From Hydrolagus colliei (Eukaryota), in NCBI GenBank assembly GCA_035084275.1, contig CM068759.1, positions 8,618,001 through 8,682,000 of the forward strand: a stretch of 64,000 nucleotides of DNA, in the 5' to 3' direction. Below are positions 1 through 11,476 of this stretch, piece by piece. Each line of letters opens with the position of its first letter. The first letter of the stretch is position 1. The notes under the pieces are model-generated. The model saw nothing but the letters and a program-made list of their open reading frames with translations. It was not told the DNA's origin and made no database searches. A program made the translations under genes and the position numbers.

Positions 1-299
1 GTAGCCTGCAGAACCATCAACGCCCATTCACTCGACTCATTCACACTCGTCTAGATAAGTCCATGTTCGATCGGTACTGTGTGTTCCGTTTCTCTCTTGA
101 CTGAATATTTTCACAGATTTATGGCATAAGGTTTGGCCACCATTGATTTATGCTCTGTCCCTCCGCTAACACTGTTCCAATAAACCCTTCGTTTATCTTA
201 TTCACAACACAGCTGAGCTCTTGTTCAGTGTAGGGCACAGGGCACATTCACCTCGCTCTGAGGCACGATCCCTCGCTTCACACGTTGCCTCTTCAAACT

Positions 300-410
300 A
301 CAGCTCATTTTGCAAACATTTACGTAGTTGCTGTTTTGAACTTTGGCTCCGGGATTGCAATTTTGTGTTTGCTGGAAATTTCTAACCTGGTGACGTGACT
401 TAGATTTCCG
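300..410. promoter_or_regulatory. Candidate liver-type enhancer upstream of PCK1-A
   Basis: Motif cluster within ~90 bp: FOX-like TGCAAACA (311), DR1 TGAACTTTGGCTC (337-349), C/EBP-like ATTGCAA (354), CRE-like TGACGTGA (390). Motif evidence only. Confidence 0.35.
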
Positions 411-622
411 AAGTGCAGAGGCTGCGTTGTCCGAGTGCATCAGTCGTACCTCATCTCGCACTGTGTCCACATCACCAGCGTAACACAGTCACTTCTGTTT
501 TCTGTTTCCCAAGCGGTTTATCAGTTTTTCAGGGTCATCAGGAGCTGCTCACAACTGCCTTGTTCCTGAGTGCAAATAGGACAGTAATTAGATCATATTA
601 TTGACAATCCCTCTGAGGAGGT

Positions 623-760
623 TTATAATAATAATCCTTGCATTTGATATAGTACCTTGCCAAGTCTGCAAGCTGTCTCAAAGTGCTTCACAGCATATAC
701 TGTAAAGTGTAATGACTGTGTATTTTGTGGGTGAAATTCGGCAGCCAACATAGCAGTGTT
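623..760 (-). mobile_element. SINE 3' fragment
   Basis: (aat)n ccttgcatttgatatag ... cttcacagcatatactgtaaagtg matches the family tail. Confidence 0.7.
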
Positions 761-1077
761 CCACTGTTTTGTGGATTGAATAATACTGTCATAAAGTGAG
801 GTGGGCAAATACTCTGTGTTCACCACGAGGGTCAGATGTTATGGTCTGTCTTCAATTGAATCAGTTATACTTCGGGCTGAAGTAGGTTTGGCAGATGCAA
901 CCCAGAGCCTCACCCATCTTGAAGGGCCAGTCAATGAAGGTGTGCTCACCTCCTCACATATTACAACCAACATTTATACAGTGACTCTTGATGCATTTGG
1001 CTCATTTGATAGAACTTCTCACTTGGGGGTCAAACGGTTGTGACACTTTATGACACCTCCAACACTGAACTCAATCC

Positions 1078-1690
1078 TCTTAGGAGCATGTCCCAAGGTG
1101 CTGGACAGTCAGGGATTTGGACCCGAGCAGGAGGTTGAGATCAGGAGAAGTGGAGGGTAGGGAGAATAGGGTTAAGCGGGTGACCAAAGGCATGGTCGAT
1201 GAGGAGGGTCTTGAGACGTACCTTGAAGGAGGCAAGGGAGGAAGCCAGGCGAAGAGACTGTGGGATGGAGTGCCAAAGGATGGGGCCAGAGAGGCTGAAA
1301 GCCTGACCACCGATGATGGGGTAGGCTGGGCAGGGATGTGGGGCTTAACAGTGATTGAGCTAAGGAGAAAGTGGAGGTGATGGAAGGCACAGAGGAATGT
1401 ATCTAGGTGTTATCTGAGTAGGGGAAATGCAGAGGGAATGAGGCAGAGATTTCCAGAGTCTTGGGCATAAAAGCCCAGTCACCAATGGTAGAGGGGACAA
1501 GGGGCATATGCAGGAGGCTGGACCTGGCTGAGTGAGTGGGGCACGTCCCCGTGGTAACAGAAATAGGAAGAGATGAGTGGATTCATTAGACCAGTCACAG
1601 AACGTTTTCTGCAGTCGTATTTGCAACAAGACTCACATAAATGTCCAGAGATCCGGCTGAGAGAGGCCTGCAGGAACTGAACCCTGGGGG
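1078..1690 (-). mobile_element. Degenerate L2 LINE 3' fragment
   Basis: Resembles the 3' part of the 17463-20336 element (gtcccaaggtgctggacag ... ttgaaggaggcaagg ...). Confidence 0.65.
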
Positions 1691-2229
1691 TTGATCTCTT
1701 GTCTTCCCAATGAGATTTTGGCAAGTCCTCAAAACTCTGCAATCCGCTCTTTCCTCATCGTGTTTGTACTGGTGCTCGCTCCCTCACTGGAGATCTCTAC
1801 TGTGATCACAGCCCCCTCAGCTCTCTTAAATATTTATCCTTTTCCCTTTAAAATGCTGGAAGGCACAATATCAACAGCAATTGTTTTATATGATTATTAT
1901 GGAATGGGCTATAACCCCCCCCGCCCCCCACATTGCACAGTGTCTGTGTCATTCCATTTCATTCTATTGATGGGAATAAAGAAATTGAATGATTCAACTG
2001 GAAATGTTGCAATGTACTGTATACCACAAACCCACTGACTCTGATCAGTCACATGTTGCACACTTTGTCTACAGGTGTGAGCCGTTGTAAATAAGTTGCA
2101 TTCTTTTGAGAATTGGAATTTTAATCAGTAAAATGTATCTCGAGGAGGCACGAAGGGAACAAGTTGTTTTTGTGAAAACACCCAGTTATGCGTCCACCTG
2201 CGTGCGCCGTGCAACAGATACTGAATCAG

Positions 2230-2507
2230 ATCTGTTTATCAATGAAAATACACTATTTTCTTGTCCAAAGTTTAACAGTTAATCATTTGCTGCACAACAC
2301 TTTGTGACCACAGAGGGCTTAGCTGCTGACGCCACTGACTGCCCTCCCCTGCGAGCTACCGAGGTCATCATCATTCACTCAGATGGTATTAAAGGAGGAG
2401 AGAGACAACCGAGTGAATCAGACAGTCTAGAAGCCAAACCGCAGAGAGAAGTACTGCAGAGAGCTGCTGGAGACTGACCGATACAGCACAAAGAATCCCA
2501 GGACAAG
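2230..2507 (+). promoter_or_regulatory. Putative PCK1-A promoter and non-coding exon 1
   Basis: TATTAAA at ~2387, CRE-like TGACGCCA at ~2327, AGGTCA half-site at ~2362, HNF4-like GTCCAAAGTTTAA at ~2263, HNF1-like GTTAATCATTT at ~2278. Strong donor AAG|GTAAGC at 2507/2508, pairing with the acceptor at 2681/2682. Confidence 0.65.
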
Positions 2508-2666
2508 GTAAGCCGTTGCGAGCATCAATGTATTGCTTATGGTTGCTCTATGGGTTTTTTTATAGGGTGGTTGTTGGGACAGTAGAATTGTCCCCAATGT
2601 GTCTGTGCGGGTGCTCACTGCCCCGCAATGGAGCTCCCCAATTAAGTAATACAACTTGGACCATTC

Positions 2667-5600
2667 ATTGTGATTTTGCAGGGCTGTGAACAGTGTGGTG
2701 AGAAAGCCATGGCACCCCAGCTCAAGGCACAACCTCTGCACCCCTCCAAGGTGCTTCGTGGGGACCTGAACAGTCTGAGTGCTGGAGTCAGAGAATTCAT
2801 CGAGGAGAGTGTGCGGGTGTGCTGTCCAGACTTCATTCACATCTGCGATGGGAGCAGCGAGGAGAACAAGGAGATCCTGGCCATGATGGAGGAGCAGGGC
2901 ATTATCAAACGTCTGGTCAAGTACGAGAACTGGTGAGTGAGTTTCTTTCCTTCCAAAGCTCTTTTTGGGGAGGACTTTTCATGTTGATCTAAGCGGGAGT
3001 TGTTAGTGCTGAGATCCTGAGAGGTTTTCTCAATCACCTGGTGCCATGATTTAATGTCAGGGCTGGGTTCTAACCGCTCTGCTAGTCAGTACGCTTGGTG
3101 AAGGCACTGGTTTTGTGGCTGCCAGTGGTAGGATTCACAGGTTAACAAGTTATTCAGTTAGAGTTATGGCGAGAAAAAGGAAACCTAATACGGAAAATGT
3201 TCATTTCCTTTGTATTGGACACTTGTCAGTACGAAGAACAGAACAATCTTTTTGAGTGACATGTTTCTACAAAGGCAGACCGTGAAAATACACGAGTCAC
3301 AAAAGCTTCCCCCCCAAACAGGTTGGAATCTATCAGCATTTTGGGGAAAAGAAAGTAAGTGCAGATCACAAGGTCCCCTGCATCCTATAAAGAGTTCAGA
3401 ACATTTATATGAAGGTAACCAGATACCTTATAACAATCTCTCTCCCGGACGGCGATTTCAGACCTGAGACAGCTCGAGAGAGAGAGAGAATGTAACTGAA
3501 CTGAGTCCAAAGCTAAAATATACTTGATCCCAAATTCAGACACAGTACAGTAATATTATTCTATTCTCTTCTGATACTAATGAGGATTGACTTGCTTGAA
3601 TATGGGTTACTGATCAGTTCTTAAACTTGCCCCTTCCAGCTGGCTGGCTCGCACTGATCCAAGGGACGTGGCCCGTGTGGAGTCGAAAACCGTCATCATT
3701 ACCCCTGACCAGAGGGACACCATCCCCACCCCAAAGTTGGGAACCAGCCTGCTGGGACGCTGGCTGTCAGAGAAGGAGTTTGACAAGGCTTTCAATGCAC
3801 GCTTTCCAGAGTGTATGAAAGGTACCGAGCCTCAAACTGTCCGGTTAATAGTTACTCATTGGCCATCCTTTCTCAGGCATTAATTGGTTTATTATCATAT
3901 TGATTGTTTATAATTGTACACTCATGGAAAGCTTACATACGCAGAGAAGGAAAACATTCTGCCCATCATGTCTGAGCTGGTGTATTTTACCCCCTGATCA
4001 TTATCTTCTGTAATCTCATTCCCTGCTCTTTCCTCACTGGTGCTTTCCACTCAAATGCCTTTCCTTGCCGTGCCTATGCTTGTTCTTACTCCCCACTGCA
4101 GCTCTCTAATCTAATCTAATCTAATCCATTCCTTGCTCTTTCCACAATCAGTAGTATTTCTTTTGTGTGTGTACAAACTTTCCTTTAACAGACATTAACA
4201 GTCTCTTCCTTTCCATTGCAGGCCGTATAATGTATGTGATTCCATTCAGCATGGGACCTGTCGGATCTCCTCTGTCCAAGATAGGCATCCAGCTGACTGA
4301 CTCCCCCTACGTAGTGGCCAGCTCCAGGATTATGACCCGAATGGGATCAGATGTGCTGGAGGTTCTGGGCGATGAGCAGTTTGTGAAATGCCTTCATTCA
4401 GTCGGATGTCCTTTGCCACTAAAGAGTGAGTTTAGCCCCATTATTACAGTGTGAGCTTTGGGAGTGGGGAGGTGGAGGGAAGGGGAGGTGGAGGGAAGGG
4501 GAGGGAGGTGAGAGGGAGGGGGAGGGGAGGGAGAGGTTTATCCACCTTGTTCCAGGCCAGCTGTGTGGTTTCTTATTGACACTGAAGTAACAAAGTGTTT
4601 GTTGTGTTTAGAACCTCTTGTCAATAACTGGGCATGTAACCCAGAGCTGACGCTGGTGGCTCACATCCCCCAGCGCAGGGAGATCATCTCCTTCGGGAGC
4701 GGTTACGGAGGGAACTCGCTGCTGGGAAAGAAATGCTTCGCTCTGCGGATCGCCTCCAAAATAGGCCAGGAAGAGGGTTGGCTGGCCGAGCACATGCTGG
4801 TGAGAACACACAATACACAGTCACTCCACTTCAACCATGAGACGTCCTCCTGACGGGAAAGCGTTGTAATGAAAGTGAGGATTATTATTATTGTTATAAT
4901 AGAGGAGTATCTGAAGTATTCAGTAATAATCTGGATTCACAAAGCCAGGGATGGCTTTCAGATCACACCAGGTTGGTGTGGGAGGATTGTGAAATCAGGC
5001 AACAAGCAAATGTCTCACAACGGGAACTCTGTGAAATATGCACATGATTCAGCACAGGGAACGGGATGTGAGAATAGGAAACACGTTTACTCCATGTATG
5101 GATAGAACAGAGATCAGCTCCACATGGCACCACCATCAGCTGCTCATCAGGCTGTGCTCCTCCTCCACAGATCCTGGGAGTCACCAATCCCGAGGGCCAG
5201 AAGAAGTACATGGCGGCAGCGTTCCCCAGCGCTTGTGGCAAAACCAACATGGCCATGATGAGCCCGACGTTACCGGGCTGGAAGGTGGAGTGTGTGGGGG
5301 ACGACATTGCATGGATGAAATTCGACAAGCAAGGTTTGCTCATTTCCTGCCATCATTCACGGCAACCGGTTTGTCAGTATAACTTCACTGTTTACATGAA
5401 GGACAGACAATGTCAGTCACTCATTAATGGCCTTTTTCCCACAGGTAACCTGAGAGCCATCAACCCCGAAAATGGCTTCTTTGGTGTGGCTCCTGGAACA
5501 TCATGGAAAACCAATCCAAACGCCATGAAGACCATCAGCAGAAACACCATTTTCACCAACGTGGGGGAGACCAGTGACGGGGGGGTTTACTGGGAGGGCA

Positions 5601-6664
5601 TGGATCAGGCTCTGCCTCCCGGGGTCACCATCACTTCGTGGAAAAACAAAGAGTGGTCATCAAACTACGGAGAACCGTGTGCTCACCCCAACTCCAGGTT
5701 CTGCTGTCCGGCCAGTCAGTGTCCCATCATAGACCCGGCCTGGGAGTCCCCTGAAGGAGTTCCTATTGAAGCCATCATCTTTGGCGGAAGGCGACCAAAA
5801 GGTATTGTAGGCCGAGCTGTAGAGCCGGCTTCTCTCAGCCCCACAAAACACAAAGAGATCAGAGTCTGAAAGCAGAGCCTTCAAATGCTTTCTCTCTGTT
5901 CCAGGTGTCCCTCTGGTGTACGAAGCCTTTAACTGGCAGCACGGAGTGTTCATCGGAGCCGCCATGAGGTCAGAGGCTACAGCGGCTGCTGAGCACAAAG
6001 GTACCGGCGACACACAGTAACAACACAGGTCATTGACACACGGCACTGACACACACCGACAACATGCGGCAGCTAAACACATCAACAACACACATCAGCT
6101 CCTCACACACAACAATAATCTGCAGGAAAGGTTTAGAGAAATCTGCCATCAGCAGCATTGAATGCTCACAGATCTTGTCCTTGTCTCACAGGGAAGGTCA
6201 TCATGCACGATCCCTTTGCCATGAGGCCGTTCTTCGGCTATAACTTTGGCAAATACCTGACTCACTGGCTCAGGATCCAGCACCATCCCGGCGCCAAACT
6301 GCCCAAGATCTTCCACGTCAACTGGTTCCGCAAGGACAAGCAAGGCAACTTCCTGTGGCCAGGCTATGGGGAGAATTGCCGAGTGCTGGATTGGATGTGC
6401 AGGAGAATCAATGGAGAGGATTGCGCCACGCCGTCTCCTATTGGCCTCATTCCCAGAGACAACGCCCTCAATATCCGGGGCCTCGACAACATTAACTTGG
6501 CCGAGCTGTTCAGCGTGGAGAAAGGGTTCTGGGAAGAGGAAGTGAAAGCCATCAAGAAGTATTTTGAGGAACAAGTCAACGAAGACCTTCCCAGCGATGT
6601 GGCCAATCAGCTGGTGCAGTTAGAGAAGAAGATAAGGCGATTGTAACAGACACGTGACAGAATT
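2667..6664 (+). repeat. Arm 1 of a ~4 kb near-perfect inverted repeat (partner 11477-15724)
   Basis: Mirror ORFs have near-constant coordinate sums (18141-18144; 18391 beyond a 246-bp indel). The left boundary is attgtgattttgcag and the right boundary is cacgtgacagaatt. Confidence 0.95.
2709..6646 (+). CDS. PCK1: Phosphoenolpyruvate carboxykinase, cytosolic [GTP], copy A (622 aa, 8 coding exons)
   Basis: GT-AG exons read from the sequence: 2709-2932, 3640-3821, 4222-4425, 4612-4799, 5171-5333, 5445-5801, 5905-6000, 6192-6646. These sum to 1869 nt = 622 aa + TAA. Motifs present: FPSACGKTN (P-loop), [34 protein letters not shown]. It starts MAPQL with no mitochondrial presequence, which fits PCK1 rather than PCK2. 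Confidence 0.96.
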
Positions 6665-7940
6665 CCAGGGGGATCTCTATATTCCTCTATTTGTTTTGAT
6701 GAAATGGAACATCCCCTGATAACTTTTCAAGTGTAAAACATGTTTTAACATATTTCACAATTTTTTTTCACCTAACAATCAGGACATTTGCTGTGTTTGG
6801 ACAGCAAGCAGGAAGTTTTCTCTCACCTCCTCCAGAGCTGGTTTGTTCTTCCAGCTCTTTTAAAAGTTGATAGGAGAGCAGAAAAGTTGGTAGGAGAGCA
6901 GAACGGTGCCTATAACTGGCCTATTAACCTGCAGTGTATGGTCAGTGAGGTGCGGAGTGGGAGTGGGGGAGGGTGGGGGAGAGAGGAGGAATGACACCCA
7001 AATCCTTACTCAATATCCCCTGCTGAAAAGTGGACATTCATAGACATCCAATTTACAATCGCGCAGAATTATAGGTGCTAAACAAAATAGTTAATATTTT
7101 GATTGAAACTGAAAGTACTTTCAATGGACATTAAGATACAGAAGAGCAGAAACTTATCACAACCTATGGTAATAAGTAACGTCAGTAAATACATAAAACA
7201 CAGCTAGTCAAGAGTTTGTACAAGCTGGAAACATGAACATGCTTAAACTTACAAGAGTCTAGTTAAAGTGAGACCAGTTGTGCGTTCTGATTGCAATGCT
7301 GCATTTAATTTTGCAGACGCTAACCTGAGGTGTGTGTGTGTGATGATGATTGTCCTGCAGACTGGCCTTTTGCTAGTCTGGGCCCAGCACATGAGCAGTG
7401 ATCTTGGACCAGGGCGTTTTATGGCTGTGTTAGCCGTTGATCTTGGCCTTGTGGTTTGGAATCATGATTGTGGATTTTTAGTGACGTGTTTTTGGTTTGG
7501 GAGAAAATGAGGATCTCAAACTGCCAATTTGAGCAGAGAATAACAATGCACTCCCGAAAGGTTGCATCTGTAAAAGTGTAACTTTTAAATAAATGCCTTT
7601 GATTATTGTGAGATCTGTTGAATTATTGCAAAATGCTGAGCTACAGCAATCAGGCGAGCTGAGCGACATGTGGAATCATGTTGGATCAGACTTATTGCAT
7701 TATTGAATCAAAAACAATTTCTATTAAAATTAAATCCAATATTATTTTCTTAATGTTAAAACTGTCCCAATAATTCACAACAATTGTTTTTGGGGAAAAT
7801 AGAATGCTGTGTTTTTTGTAAGTGTGTTTCTGTAACTTATTGAACAGTAGATGTTTTAGTAGATGTTTGAGGTGTGTAAGGATATGTGTAGAGATTTGCC
7901 TCGGTTGATAATGCAGTGAGTAAACAAGGCTTCATTCAAA

Positions 7941-7968
7941 AATAAACTTTATTTTTTAGAAAAATAAA
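7941..7968 (+). terminator. Candidate polyadenylation signals of PCK1-A
   Basis: Two AATAAA (7941, 7963) followed by a U/GU-rich tract, implying a ~1.3 kb 3' UTR. Confidence 0.55.
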
Positions 7969-8819
7969 CACTTTGTCTCTTCTAGTTTGTTCTTACAAAG
8001 GATGATCCAAGGATCACACACTTGTATCTGACAGAATCTTCTGATAACTATATTATGTTTAGACCATTTACAGAGAAAACCTGAAGCTGCTAATCTCCAC
8101 AGGAGCCTCCAAACTGATCTCATTCTCCTGCTCACTCTTCAATGTTCTAATTTCACAGATGAGCCTTAAACCTGCAACCTTCTGACTCAGAGGTGAGACT
8201 GTTACCACTGAGCCAGGCTGACATGTTAAACCAAGGTTCCATCAGCCTGTTCAGGTGGACGTTAAAGATCCCTTGGCATCCCTTGGCCGAAAAGAGAAAG
8301 GAGTTTCCCTTTCCCAGTATTTTAACCAACAATCCCTCAAATAAAATTGATTAGTCACATCATGACTGGTCATGGAAAATGCTGTGCGGAATCTGCTGCC
8401 GGGTTCGCTTGCAAAATACACAGTCACCTACATTTTCCAATTGGGTTAAAAGAGAGCATTGGCGCTGGTCTTTACTTGAAGGAGACATGCAGATGCTTTC
8501 TCGAAGCTCCAGCTGGTCTTCAAAACAGCTATTTTCAAGCTGGTAGTTTGAACCAGACGTAGTGTATTTCTTCCTTCACCCGTCTCCCACCCAAAAAAAA
8601 CTCAGATAGAATGTGAATAAGAAAATAACCCTGCTGAACCTTTGATAGTAACTATAGTAATAATCCTTGCATTTGATATAGCGCTTTTTATGACTTCCAA
8701 CCGTCTCAAAGTGCTTCACAGAATATACAGTACTATAAAGTGAATTGAATGTACATCTGTTGGCAAAATGGGGAAAAATTAAGGATTTCAGGGCTACGGA
8801 ATTTGTTATGCATTTTAAC

Positions 8820-9060
8820 AAAACACAATACAATGCAATACATTTGTAAAGCGCTTTATACGTCAGGAGGATGTCCCAAGGGACTGAACAGTCAGGGATT
8901 CAATCCCAAGAGAGAGGGTAGCAGGATGACCGAAAACAAAATTGACAAGGGAGGTACTGAAACATGCCTTGAAGGAGGCAAGGGAGAGAGTGAAGCAAAG
9001 GGAATGTAGGATGGAGTTCCAGAGGCTAAAGGTGCTACTGCGGATGGTGAGTATAAGAAG
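8820..9060 (-). mobile_element. Degenerate L2 3' fragment
   Basis: catttgtaaagcgctttatacgtcaggaggatgtcccaagg matches the L2 terminus. Confidence 0.6.
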
Positions 9061-9154
9061 AGGTTTAAAATCATTACTAAAATTATTGCGTGATACCCTA
9101 AAGTGTATGTAAAACAATTGGGACAAACTTGATTGATCTTAAGAAGTAGAGTTG

Positions 9155-9525
9155 TGTAGCTCAGTGGTTAGAGCACTTGCCTTACAAGTGAGAGATGTGG
9201 ATTCAATTCCAGGTCAGGGCGAAACCTTGGGCAAGTTTCCTTACTCCATACACCTAATAATAATCCCTCAAAAATAAACAATAATAAATTGATCATTTCA
9301 TTCACGACTGTCCTCCTGACATGAAAGGCACTAGACAAGTGTAATTTTGTTATTGTTGTGTTATTGTTGTTTGTAGGACACTGTCGTGCATAATTGGCTC
9401 CCGCGTTTCGCCCACATATATACAGTCAATTCACTTTGTAGTATATTCTGTGAATCACTTTGAGAAGTCTAGAATATGTGAAAAGCTCTATATCCAATGC
9501 AAGGATTTTGATTATGATTATTATT
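9155..9525 (+). mobile_element. tRNA-derived SINE with L2-like tail
   Basis: A-box GTAGCTCAGTGG, B-box-like GGATTCAATTCC, a core shared with many copies, and a tail ending atccaatgcaaggat(tat)n. Confidence 0.8.
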
Positions 9526-9969
9526 AAGATATGTGTGAGGGAATTTAAACCAAATGGATTGAGGTCTGTGTTTTGGGGTTCTGTGATACGTTTGATGAAG
9601 ACTTGATGGATTGGTGTTATTCCTTTCCTCATTTGGAAGAATGTGTCTAACAGTCTATCTCAAGCAAATGAAATGGACATTGTATGGACATACAATCAAT
9701 CAACTAAGACCCAAGGCCTCAGCATTCATAAGATCAGAGACATGTGGCTTCAAGTTACCTGATGTTGTCCTGATTAATTGAACTTGGTGCTTTGCAGTCT
9801 GCTTTGACAAGATGTTGAAAGGAATTTACGTTGTTAAGGCATCAAGGAAGGACAATTAATTGTCTAATTGAACTTTTCACACTTTATATCAGAGGAACTT
9901 TCAAATTTGTGAGATTAAACCTTGATAACCTTAGGGGCCTGCAGTGTATGGAAAGATGATTGGATAAAA

Positions 9970-10338
9970 ATTAATAATTCTTGCATTTGATGTAATCGCT
10001 TCATCACATCTTAGAGATGACTCAAAGCGCTTCACAGAATATACTGCAAAGGAATTGACTATATATTTTCTGGGCAAAACATGGTAGGCAATTGCGCACA
10101 ACAGTGTCCCACAAACAGTCATGGATTGGTGGATTGCAATAATCCCTTCAAAAAATGTTTTACTTATACGGTAAATCAATCTAGGACTATTTGTGAGACT
10201 TTTCTGTGTGCAATTAATTGGCTGCCGCAAAATATAAAGTCATTTACATTTTTTATATATTCTGTGATGCGCTTTGAGACAGCTCAATGATGCGATAAGG
10301 TGCTATATCAAATGCAAGGATTATTATTATTATTATTA
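9970..10338. mobile_element. Two SINE 3' halves in inverted orientation
   Basis: Minus copy ~9970-10135 and plus copy ~10175-10338 of the same SINE family. Confidence 0.7.
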
Positions 10339-11224
10339 AAAGTCAAACACAGTCTCGAGGAGTAAAAATATGAGAATTTTTTTTATTTTCTATATAAAGT
10401 ATAAATTTTACTGCTAAAACATATTGAAGTAAAGTACAGTGGAGTTTGCGGTAGAAAAGTAACACCTGATTATAAAAGATTAATGCTCCTTTGCTTCGTT
10501 AAGATAATTCAGATTTTCATTGTGATTTGATAGTGAAGCATAGGGAGCACAAAACAGTCACTGTGCTGCTCAGCTCAGCTTGTGTTCAAAATGAACAATT
10601 TTCCTTGAACTAAAGTTAACAAGCTTTTTCATTGTAAAAACATACTGTAAACACTCCCCACCTCACCCCCTGCTGAGGGTATAGCAGACATTTGCTGGAA
10701 GCCTAAACTGTCCTTGTTTCCGTACTCTCCAGTACACGCTGGCCCCTTAAAAACCTGGAGCAGGAATAAGAAGGTCACGTGCGTTAACATGTCCAGAACT
10801 CCCTGCGGAGAAATGCTGTTTGCAGAGAGTTTTTTTTTCCACGGTTGTGATTTGAACTAGAAAGGTGCAGCTAATCCTAATCTTTCTACCCATCTTTTAT
10901 CATCATCTGATAATCAAGATTAAAATTCTCAATGAAATAACCCTCTCGAGAGCGGCTGATAGGGCGACAGAAAATATCGTGCTTACTTCGAAAATCAGAT
11001 AGTGAACAAACAGTTGAAGTAGGTCCAATTCCGGACTTGCCGTACTCTTCCTCAAGCGATATCTACTGTGTGTTAGCCATTGCTGTATTTAATGTATCTA
11101 TTAAACAGAGCATCAGACCAGTGGTAAGAACATGATATGTTCTTAAACATGTGTTTTCTGGACTGCGCTGCTCAGTAAGCAGCTTGTTACTGTACTAATC
11201 TCCTGCTGAGCTGTTTCTTTCTGT

Positions 11225-11230
11225 TTTATT
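11225..11230 (-). terminator. Candidate polyadenylation signal of PCK1-B
   Basis: AATAAA on the minus strand ~265 nt after the stop codon. An alternative lies at 10382-10387. Confidence 0.35.
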
Positions 11231-11476
11231 TTTGTGACGATCGCCACCAAAATAAGTAAACGGTAAAGTGTGCTCTTGTGTGATGTGAACGTCCCTTGAT
11301 TGGACATACACTGAATGGCATCATGTGTGCGTTCAGAATGCCCCCATGTATCTTAAGACAACGTAATCATATCGATCGTGATTCACGCGTGTTGAATTGA
11401 ACACATATGGCATTAATCAACAACATGACATTACACACCGTTGTCAATGAAAACCAACAAAACTAAATCTGTTGCT

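Noticed and set aside
1-209. Possible LTR 3' end (AATAAA at 178, ending ...CAACA)
   Set aside because: It is truncated by the window edge, with no partner LTR or TSD to verify.
5660-6606. Antisense ORFs overlapping PCK1 exons (and their mirrors in copy B)
   Set aside because: Shadow frames of GC-rich coding sequence with no recognisable domains.
9155-9230. tRNA-like sequences (also at 37194, 47515, 56100, 58480)
   Set aside because: These are SINE heads with degenerate stems that continue into SINE bodies, not tRNA genes.
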